Part shown: piece after piece, positions 21,316-28,613 of the stretch | How the letters are laid out: the number at the start of each line of letters is the position of its first letter | Numbering within the stretch: position 1 is the stretch's first letter | Source of the DNA: an uncultured Arcobacter sp. | GTDB lineage: Bacteria; Campylobacterota; Campylobacteria; Campylobacterales; Arcobacteraceae | Length of the DNA stretch: 64,000 nucleotides | Direction: 5' to 3' | Assembly: GCA_965140705.1 (NCBI GenBank) | Contig: OZ223300.1 | Location: forward strand, 1,408,001-1,472,000 | Program-made: the position numbers and the translations under genes | The notes under the pieces: generated by a model | Database searches by the model: none | What the model saw: only the letters and a program-made list of their open reading frames with translations | What the model was told of the DNA's origin: nothing

Positions 21316-21450
21316 TTATTTATCTCCAATATATGAATCATTATTTGGATTATGAGCATCTGCCCAATCATCTAAATCTGAATCATTATTAGGATTATTC
21401 ATATCTGAATAAATGTCTAATTCTTCTTGTATCATATCATCGGTATCCAT
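21316..21450 (-). CDS. 44-aa acidic peptide with two NPNNDS repeats
   Basis: MDTDDMIQEELDIYSDMNNPNNDSDLDDWADAHNPNNDSYIGDK. A GGAGG RBS supports a start at 21450 rather than 21534. Confidence 0.6.
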   Translation of the reverse strand: MDTDDMIQEELDIYSDMNNPNNDSDLDDWADAHNPNNDSYIGDK

Positions 21451-21451
21451 T

Positions 21452-21598
21452 TTATTTACCTCCTTTTTGTGAGTTTTTGGATGCCGCACTTTGTGCTTTT
21501 GCAGGAAAACTTCCTTTTGAAGTATTCCCTCCATTTTTTGCTGTTCCTGATTGAATTCTAGAAGCAGCTGCTTTTGTCATTGGAGTTTGTTTTGCCAT
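21452..21598 (-). CDS. 48-aa basic Ala/Ser/Gly/Lys-rich peptide, not in the ORF track
   Basis: MAKQTPMTKAAASRIQSGTAKNGGNTSKGSFPAKAQSAASKNSQKGGK. AAGGAG RBS at 21605-21610; the stop is 1 nt before the next ATG. Confidence 0.7.
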   Translation of the reverse strand: MAKQTPMTKAAASRIQSGTAKNGGNTSKGSFPAKAQSAASKNSQKGGK

Positions 21599-21676
21599 AA
21601 TAGGCTCCTTTTATTTATTTCCCTTAAAAGGGATAATGAAATTATAAAATATTAGTAAGGGACAATAGGGGACAAC

Positions 21677-22033
21677 GTGTATAATAAAGTTAAAGAGAAA
21701 CAGAAAGAATTAAAAAGTTGGATTGCTAAAATAGGTATGAAAGAAAAAGAATTTTCAACATTATATTGTGAACACATTTATGTGGAGCCTTCAGAAAATG
21801 ATATTTCACGATTTAATGAAAAGTTTAAAAAAGAACTTCTTCGTGATACTACTAAAGAAGAAGTTCTAGAAAAGTATTTTATATTCTTATATAGCTTAGA
21901 AGAATTTAAAGCTATTGATTATATAAAACAAACTTATGTTTCAGATGAAAGTTTTAGTGATAAATTTAATGAAAGAATGAAAAAAATATCTACAGATATT
22001 ACAAATAAATTGATTGAAGAAGAAAATGATTAA
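21677..22033 (+). CDS. Hypothetical protein, possible DNA-binding regulator
   Basis: 118 aa charged helical protein, divergent from the two peptides; XRE-like opening (ELKSWIAKIGMKEKEFS). Confidence 0.55.
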   Translation: MYNKVKEKQKELKSWIAKIGMKEKEFSTLYCEHIYVEPSENDISRFNEKFKKELLRDTTKEEVLEKYFIFLYSLEEFKAIDYIKQTYVSDESFSDKFNERMKKISTDITNKLIEEEND

Positions 22034-22109
22034 TTTAACTATTTAGATGTAAGATGAGTTGTATAGAGTATCAAATTTTATATGAATTAAATTAAAAAAA
22101 GGAAATGAA

Positions 22110-22589
22110 ATGACATTTAATGATAATATTCAATTATCAATTGCTATAGGAACAGGGATAGCTTCACTTTGTGTTTTAATTACCATGATAGTTACTATTA
22201 GAAATTTTTCAAAACAATTAAAATTGAATTTTTTTTCAGAATATACAAAAAGGTACCAAAATATAATATTGAACCTTCCTTCAAATATAAATGATGATTC
22301 TTTTGATTTTGAAAAGTTGTCAGAGAAAAAGAAAGAAAAAACAATACGTTATTTAAGAATTTATTTTGATTTATGTAGTGAAGAGTATTTTTTATCAGAA
22401 CATAAAAATATTGATAAATATGTTTGGAAAGAATGGAAAAGTGGAATAGAATATTCTTTATCAAAAAAAGCTTTTAAAGATGGGTGGAAAAATTATATTA
22501 ATACAAATACCATTTATTATAAAGAATTTGCGAGTTTTATAGATGAAATTTTACTTGATATAGAAAGAAAAAATGACGAAATGAAATAA
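22110..22589 (+). CDS. Hypothetical protein with N-terminal TM helix (DUF4760-like)
   Basis: TM segment followed by F.EYTKRY..I..LP..YFDLCSEEYFL..ID..VW.EW..GI; AAGGA RBS. Confidence 0.6.
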   Translation: MTFNDNIQLSIAIGTGIASLCVLITMIVTIRNFSKQLKLNFFSEYTKRYQNIILNLPSNINDDSFDFEKLSEKKKEKTIRYLRIYFDLCSEEYFLSEHKNIDKYVWKEWKSGIEYSLSKKAFKDGWKNYINTNTIYYKEFASFIDEILLDIERKNDEMK

Positions 22590-22682
22590 TGTGACTCTCT
22601 AAGTTTCTTTATATAAAATCCATTTAATATTCAAAGCTTTTTGACTTAAAAAATATAAATCAAATTTATCAATTCATATATG

Positions 22683-22707
22683 AATGGTGATACTTTTGGT
22701 GATACTT
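22683..22707 (+). repeat. Tandem TGGTGATACTT motif, right copy (putative arm-type site)
   Basis: Identical 25-mer to 14269-14293, 116 nt inside attR. Confidence 0.75.
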
Positions 22708-22823
22708 TTGATTGTAAATTAATGTAAATTTATACTATCTATTTAATATTAAAAACTTCAAGACTACCTATAAAATGGTATTTTACTGCTTATTTGTAAA
22801 TACATGTAATTATATAGCTTAAA

Positions 22824-22868
22824 GATTTCCTCCTGTAAACTCAAGTTCGAATCTTGATGGGGTCGCCA
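22824..22868 (+). repeat. attR: duplicated 3' 45 bp of tRNA-Glu
   Basis: GATTTCCTCCTGTAAACTCAAGTTCGAATCTTGATGGGGTCGCCA, identical to 14157-14201. Confidence 0.95.
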
Positions 22869-23007
22869 ACTACTTTTTATAAATTCAAAACAATTAAATA
22901 TTTATATAACTGAAATTTCAAATTTATATTTTTAGCTAATGTTATTATAATCTTGTTTTACTATATTGATGAAAATATTATATAGTATGATTGATATGGA
23001 GAGAGAC

Positions 23008-23997
23008 ATGAATAATAAGAAAATACCCTTATCAGTATTGGATTTGATACCAATAGGAGAGGGTTTTAATATAACACAAGCTATTGAAAATAGTACAAGA
23101 CTAGCTCAGGGGGTTGAGGAGTTTGGATTTACTCGTTATTGGGTGGCTGAACATCATAATTTCCCTGGAATCGCTAGTGCTGCTACTTCTGTTGTACTAA
23201 GTTATATTGGTTCAAAAACTCAAAAGATAAGAATAGGCTCTGGTGGAATTATGCTACCAAATCATTCTCCTTTAGTTATTGCAGAGCAATTTGGTACTTT
23301 AGAATCTTTATATCCAAATAGAGTGGATTTAGGGCTAGGAAGAGCACCTGGTACTGATAGACAAACAATGATGGCTTTAAGACGGGATACGAATAATGAA
23401 GATTTCCCTTTGATGCTTCAATATTTACAATACTACTTATCTGATGAAGCAGGTAAAAAAGGAATAAAAGCAATACCAGGATATGGGTTAGATATTCCTA
23501 TTTGGCTACTTGGTTCTAGTACCTTTAGTGCACAATTAGCTGCTCAAAAGGGCTTACCTTTTGTTTTTGCTTCGCACTTTGCTCCTGATTTGATGGATGA
23601 TGCTATAAGAATATATCATGAAAATTTTAAACCATCTTCTCAACTAAAAGAGCCTTATGTAATGGTTTGTATCAATATTGTATGTGCCAATACAAATGAA
23701 GAAGCTCAATATTTAGCCACAACAGAACTTCAAAAGTTTCTTTATCTTCAAAGGGGTGATCAAAGATTATTACCAAGACCAACAGAAGATATGAATAGCT
23801 TATGGGAAGAGTGGGAAGAACATGGTATAAGACATAAAACAAGAGAGTCTATTTGGGGAACACCAGAAGTTGTAAAAGAAAGACTTGAAAGCCTTATTAA
23901 AAGAACTGGTGCAAATGAAATCATGGTAAATTCAATGATACATGACCCAGATAAAAGAATAAAATCCTATGAACTTATTTCAAAAGTTTGGTTATAA
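23008..23997 (+). CDS. LLM-class flavin-dependent oxidoreductase (luciferase-like)
   Basis: LSVLDL, RYWVAEHHN, IRIGSGGIMLPNH, DLGLGRAPG and WLLGSS motifs. Start moved to ATG 23008 behind a GGAG RBS. Confidence 0.92.
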   Translation: MNNKKIPLSVLDLIPIGEGFNITQAIENSTRLAQGVEEFGFTRYWVAEHHNFPGIASAATSVVLSYIGSKTQKIRIGSGGIMLPNHSPLVIAEQFGTLESLYPNRVDLGLGRAPGTDRQTMMALRRDTNNEDFPLMLQYLQYYLSDEAGKKGIKAIPGYGLDIPIWLLGSSTFSAQLAAQKGLPFVFASHFAPDLMDDAIRIYHENFKPSSQLKEPYVMVCINIVCANTNEEAQYLATTELQKFLYLQRGDQRLLPRPTEDMNSLWEEWEEHGIRHKTRESIWGTPEVVKERLESLIKRTGANEIMVNSMIHDPDKRIKSYELISKVWL

Positions 23998-24014
23998 AAC
24001 TCTTTTCCTATAAA

Positions 24015-24042
24015 TACAAGCTCGTATCTTTACGAGCTTGTA
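24015..24042. terminator. Bidirectional terminator hairpin
   Basis: Perfect 12-bp stem TACAAGCTCGTA-TCTT-TACGAGCTTGTA between convergent genes. Confidence 0.75.
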
Positions 24043-24060
24043 ATAAATCTAATATTACGA

Positions 24061-24639
24061 TTATTTTTTTATATCCACAAAAAAAGCACCTCTTAAATCA
24101 TCTAATTTATAATCAATTGCTTTATCATTTGGGTATTTAGCTTTTATAATTGAATAAGCTTTTTTATCTCTATTTTCAAGGCTTCCATGACAAGCTAAGC
24201 ATTTTTTTTCTATATAAAGTGGTTTATAAACTTGATAATGGTTTTCTGCTATTTTTTTAACTACCATTTTAGGTTTAATACCTTTTTTTATGTCAGCTCT
24301 AATCTCATTTAATACTTTTATTTGAGCTTCTGTTGCTTGGTTATTTGGATTTCTTGGTTTATCAGTTACTCTTTTTATAGAAATACCTTGAGGAAGATTT
24401 GCTGCACTATTTTTCATAAGGTTTGATGCCTCTTCTGAGCAAAAAGTTGCAGCTTGAACAACTCCTCCACTTTTAATTTCACTGCCCAAGTGCTTTTTTA
24501 ATGTACCTCCCACTTGTTTTATTGCATTTATTGCCTCTTTTTTAGCTTCCTGTTCACTTAATGTATTGTTTGCGAATGCATAACTTGTTACTAATATCGA
24601 ACAAATAAGTACTGCATTTTTTATATTTTTTAATAGCAT
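24061..24639 (-). CDS. Periplasmic c-type cytochrome, DUF3365/Tll0287-like
   Basis: Signal peptide, A..FC, KPRNPNN, CLACHG heme motif, YP.DKA..Y..DLRGAF. Confidence 0.85.
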   Translation of the reverse strand: MLLKNIKNAVLICSILVTSYAFANNTLSEQEAKKEAINAIKQVGGTLKKHLGSEIKSGGVVQAATFCSEEASNLMKNSAANLPQGISIKRVTDKPRNPNNQATEAQIKVLNEIRADIKKGIKPKMVVKKIAENHYQVYKPLYIEKKCLACHGSLENRDKKAYSIIKAKYPNDKAIDYKLDDLRGAFFVDIKK

Positions 24640-24918
24640 TTTTTCTCCTTTAATTATAATAAATTCTTATAAGTATAATCTAGTAATTATAAAAACTTCA
24701 TAAAGTACTATTTAATATATAATTGATATTATGGTGCCTTTATGGTATTAACTTAATTATTAAAAAATAATTTTTATTTTGTAAATTCTATAAAATTCAC
24801 AAAATATGAGATTTAAATATTTTTTTATCTATCCTTCTTAATAATAATATTTGATAAATAAAGCTATTATTAATCATAAAAAAGTTTTATATAAAAATAT
24901 TTTATTAGTAGGTTTTAT

Positions 24919-26040
24919 TTGAAAATAATACATTTTAGTGATACTCACTTAGGATACAACGACTTAGAGATATTAAATGAAGAAAATATCAATCAAAGGG
25001 AAGCAGATTTTTACGATGCTTTTTCACAAATAGTTGATGATATAGAAAATATCAAACCAGATTTTATAATACATACAGGCGACCTTTTTCATAGAAGCTC
25101 TCCAAGTAATAGAGCTATAACCTTTGCTCTAAAAGAGTTTAAAAGACTTGATAAACTAAATATCCCTATCATCATGATAGCTGGAAACCATTCTACACCT
25201 AGGACAAATCTTAGCTCTCCAATTTTAAAGATATTTGATGAGTTTGAAAATGTACATGTATCATATGAACAAAACTACAAAAAAATAGAGTTTGGTGATA
25301 TAGTTTTCCATACTTTACCACATATGAATGATGAAACAAAAGCAGAAGATGAGATAAACTTATGTGAAAAAAACATCAACCCTGATAAAAGAAATATCAT
25401 GATGATGCACTGTTCTGTTGGAGCTTGGTATTTGATGCAAGAGTTTGGGGAATGGGTTTATCCTACAGATAAAGAGTATATCTTTGAAAAGATGGATTAT
25501 GTAGCACTTGGACATTGGCATGGTTTTGGCTCTGTGGGCAAACATAAAAATGTATACTATAGTGGAAGTAGTGAGCGTACAAGTTTAAATGACAAACGAA
25601 ACTCAAAAGGTTATGCCCTTGTAAACTTAGGCGATAAATTAGAGGTAGAATACAAAGAGATAAAAATACGACCAATCATATCCAAAACAATAGATTGTGA
25701 AAACTATCAAAATGCACTTGATACTTTAGATACAAGCGATACAAAAGATGCCATAGTAGAAGTAAAACTTCAAAACCTAACAACCATGCAATCAATAGAT
25801 ATACAAAACCAAGAGATAAAAGCACTTTTCCCGCTTGCTATGAGTGTAAGTGTAAAAAGAGAGTTCAAAAAAGATACAAATGAGGGTAATACTCTAGATG
25901 ATATTCAAGCTTTATCTTTAGAGGAGTACTTTTTAGACCATATCAAGGAACAAAGCGATAATAAAGAGTTTGATAGACTAAAACCAAAAATTCAAGAACT
26001 ATTTAGCAAGTACGAGGAGGCTTATGATGATACTTTGTAA
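24919..26040 (+). CDS. sbcD: SbcD/Mre11 family DNA repair exonuclease
   Basis: HFSDTHLG, GDLF, AGNH and ALGHWH metallophosphoesterase motifs. Confidence 0.92.
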   Translation: MKIIHFSDTHLGYNDLEILNEENINQREADFYDAFSQIVDDIENIKPDFIIHTGDLFHRSSPSNRAITFALKEFKRLDKLNIPIIMIAGNHSTPRTNLSSPILKIFDEFENVHVSYEQNYKKIEFGDIVFHTLPHMNDETKAEDEINLCEKNINPDKRNIMMMHCSVGAWYLMQEFGEWVYPTDKEYIFEKMDYVALGHWHGFGSVGKHKNVYYSGSSERTSLNDKRNSKGYALVNLGDKLEVEYKEIKIRPIISKTIDCENYQNALDTLDTSDTKDAIVEVKLQNLTTMQSIDIQNQEIKALFPLAMSVSVKREFKKDTNEGNTLDDIQALSLEEYFLDHIKEQSDNKEFDRLKPKIQELFSKYEEAYDDTL

Positions 26041-28396
26041 GCTAAAACTTGAAAATTTCAAGCGGTACAAAACTTTTGAACTAGATTTTGATGAGGGATT
26101 AGTTGGAATCATAGGTAAAAATGGAAGTGGAAAATCCACTATCTTCGAAGCGATACTTTTTGCACTTTATGGGGAGTTTAAAGATAGAGGTTATAAAGAG
26201 ATTGTAAGAAATGCCAATGCCACAGATAAAGACGCTGTAGTAGTAGAACTAAACTTTGAATTTGACTCAATAGAGTATAAAGTAGTACGAGAATTCAGAG
26301 GAAAAGCCCTAAGTGCCAATGCCAAACTTTATAAAAATGATGAACTAATAACAAGTGGTGCCAAAGAAGTAACTACAAGTATCATGAAGCTAACAAAGAT
26401 GAGTAAAGAAGCCTTTTTACATACATTATTTGCTAGTCAAAAAGAGCTAACAAGTCTTAGTAATAGCAAATCAGAAGATAGAAAAAGAATGATAAGAAAG
26501 CTTTTAGGCTTAGAAAAAATAGACTACATAGAAAAAGAGCTCATAGAAAAGAGCAGGGAACTAAAAAGAGAGATTTCAGCCTTTGCAGAAGTGCTTTTAA
26601 GCATAGAAGATATCCAAATAAAAAAAGAGCAAATAAAAGCAAATGAAGCCATCAAAAAAACTCTAAATGAAGAGCTACAAACCCAAAGTAAACAAATAGA
26701 TAGTCTAAAACTAAAAGAGCTAGAGATAAAAAAAGAGCTAGAAAGTTTTGCTAAAACAAAAGAGGCAAAACAAAAAGCCCTAAGTGAACTAAATCTTCTA
26801 AAAAACAGTATCAATTCAAATATAGAAAATCAAAACAAACTCTCAACTGAACTAAAAGACCTAGAAGAAAAACAACACCAATATAAAGCCCTAGAGCCTA
26901 TAAAAAAAGAGTATGAAACCCTACAAACAAGTCTAAAAGAGCAAATCCAACTAAAAGAGTACAGCCTAAAAAAAGAGGGCTTGATAAAAGAGCAAGTTCA
27001 ATTAAGAGAGCAATACAAAAAAGCCAAAAATGACATAGCCCTTTTGCAAAAAGAGTGTGAAGGTTTTGACTCACTAAAACAAAAAGATCAAGAAACAAAA
27101 ACCCAACAAGAGCAAATCAAACAAACCCTAACACAAATACAAGCAAAAGAAAAAGAGTTAAACTCAAATATCTTTGCAGAACAAAGAGTGATAAATGACA
27201 CCACAGCCAAAATACAACAAATCCAAGCCCTAGGCAAAGAATCCAACTGCCCAACCTGTACAAGACCACTCTTAGAAGAGTATGACAATGTAATAGGCTC
27301 GTTAAACTCAACCATAAATGAAATACAAAGAAACAAAATTACAAAGCTAAATAAACAGCTACAAGAAGTAGAAACAAATAAAAAAACAATAGAAACCCAA
27401 AAAGAGCAAATAGACAAAAATTTGAGTGAACTAAACTCACAACTAGCACTTATAAACAGTAAACAAAAAGATTTACAAAACCTATCAAGTCATCTAAACA
27501 ATGTAGAGCAAAAAGGCAAAGAAAACAACGATGAAATAGCCAAACTAGATAAATACAGTTACGATGAAAACAAACACAAAACACTAGAAAATAGTTTTAA
27601 TGAAATCCAACCAAAATATGAGCAAATGAAATCATTAGAAACCATGCTAAAAAGATATGATAGTGTAAAACAAGACCTAGAAAACATCACTAAAAAAATC
27701 ACAGAGCAAAACAGCACTTACGATAAAAAAGAGATAGACTACAAACAAATAGCCTACGATGAGACAGCCCACACAGCTAAACAAAAAGAGTACGAAGAAC
27801 ATCATCAAACTTATGAGTTAAAAGTAAACCAAATAAATGAAATCAAAGTCAAAATAGCCCAATGTGAAGGTGAAATAAAAACCATCCAATCAAACCTAGA
27901 CAACAACGAAATCCAACTAAAAAAAGTACAAACAAAAAAAGACGACCTAATCGACTACGACAAAATCAAAGTAAGCCTAAGTGAATTTAAAACAAAACTA
28001 AACTCAAAAGTAGCCCCAAGAATATCAGATATAGCCTCAACCATGTACGCCCAAATCACAAAAGGCAAATACCAACACATAGAAGTATCAAACGACTTCG
28101 ACTTTTATATCTACGATGAAGGTAAAAAGTACCCAATAGAGAGATTCTCAGGTGGAGAAATAGACCTAGCAAACCTAGTATTGCGAATTGCCATATCAAA
28201 AACCCTAAGCGAACTAAGCGGAAGCTCACAAATAGGCTTCTTAGCCTTCGACGAAGTATTTGGAAGCCAAGACGAGGCAAGAAGAATGGAGATACTAGAA
28301 GCCTTTCATATGATAAAAGAACAGTATCGACAAATCTTCCTTATTTCTCATGAGATGGAGATAAAGGAGATGTTTGAACATATAGTTGAGTTATAA
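26024..28396 (+). CDS. sbcC: SbcC/Rad50 SMC-like ATPase
   Basis: GKNGSGKST Walker A, coiled coil with CPTC zinc hook, FSGGE signature, AFDEVFGSQD and ISH. Confidence 0.92.
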   Translation: MMILCKLKLENFKRYKTFELDFDEGLVGIIGKNGSGKSTIFEAILFALYGEFKDRGYKEIVRNANATDKDAVVVELNFEFDSIEYKVVREFRGKALSANAKLYKNDELITSGAKEVTTSIMKLTKMSKEAFLHTLFASQKELTSLSNSKSEDRKRMIRKLLGLEKIDYIEKELIEKSRELKREISAFAEVLLSIEDIQIKKEQIKANEAIKKTLNEELQTQSKQIDSLKLKELEIKKELESFAKTKEAKQKALSELNLLKNSINSNIENQNKLSTELKDLEEKQHQYKALEPIKKEYETLQTSLKEQIQLKEYSLKKEGLIKEQVQLREQYKKAKNDIALLQKECEGFDSLKQKDQETKTQQEQIKQTLTQIQAKEKELNSNIFAEQRVINDTTAKIQQIQALGKESNCPTCTRPLLEEYDNVIGSLNSTINEIQRNKITKLNKQLQEVETNKKTIETQKEQIDKNLSELNSQLALINSKQKDLQNLSSHLNNVEQKGKENNDEIAKLDKYSYDENKHKTLENSFNEIQPKYEQMKSLETMLKRYDSVKQDLENITKKITEQNSTYDKKEIDYKQIAYDETAHTAKQKEYEEHHQTYELKVNQINEIKVKIAQCEGEIKTIQSNLDNNEIQLKKVQTKKDDLIDYDKIKVSLSEFKTKLNSKVAPRISDIASTMYAQITKGKYQHIEVSNDFDFYIYDEGKKYPIERFSGGEIDLANLVLRIAISKTLSELSGSSQIGFLAFDEVFGSQDEARRMEILEAFHMIKEQYRQIFLISHEMEIKEMFEHIVEL

Positions 28397-28513
28397 CCAT
28401 CATCTTTTTGCCCAACTCAGCGTTGAAGCTCGAATTTAAATGCTCACGTACTACTTGTACGCTCCGCTTGAAATTCAATCTTCGCCTTGATTAGGACAGA
28501 ATATGATGGTTAT
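28393..28513. mobile_element. ERIC/IRU-like miniature inverted-repeat element (121 bp)
   Basis: Perfect 11-bp terminal IR ATAACCATCAT/ATGATGGTTAT, internal GCGTTG..TCACGTAC-TACTT-GTACGCTCC..CGCCTTG. GC-richer than its flanks; overlaps the sbcC stop codon. Confidence 0.7.
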
Positions 28514-28613
28514 TGGGTGTAATTTTCCATGTGGAAGTGTAAATAAAAGAAATAAAGTTCGAGCGTAAGGGTGATGGAATTAGTGATTTGGATTTGAATT
28601 AAAGGAGTTGTTA

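Larger units (their letters stand above)
14157..22868. mobile_element. 8.7-kb genomic island integrated in tRNA-Glu, no integrase visible
   Basis: Exact 45-bp direct repeat of the tRNA 3' half at 14157-14201 and 22824-22868; accessory gene content in between. Confidence 0.9.

Noticed and set aside
21451..21534. N-terminal extension of track ORF 21316..21534
   Set aside because: It overlaps the better-supported 48-aa peptide in another frame, and the RBS points to ATG 21450.
14157..22868. Prophage or integron interpretation of the island
   Set aside because: No phage structural, replication or integrase genes, and no attC-like repeats seen between the small ORFs.
22824..22868. Second tRNA gene
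   Set aside because: Only the 3' half is present; it is the att duplication.
24919..28396. Lamassu or Wadjet SMC defence system
   Set aside because: An Mre11-type nuclease plus a zinc-hook Rad50 fits SbcCD; no LmuA/LmuC or JetABD partners recognised.
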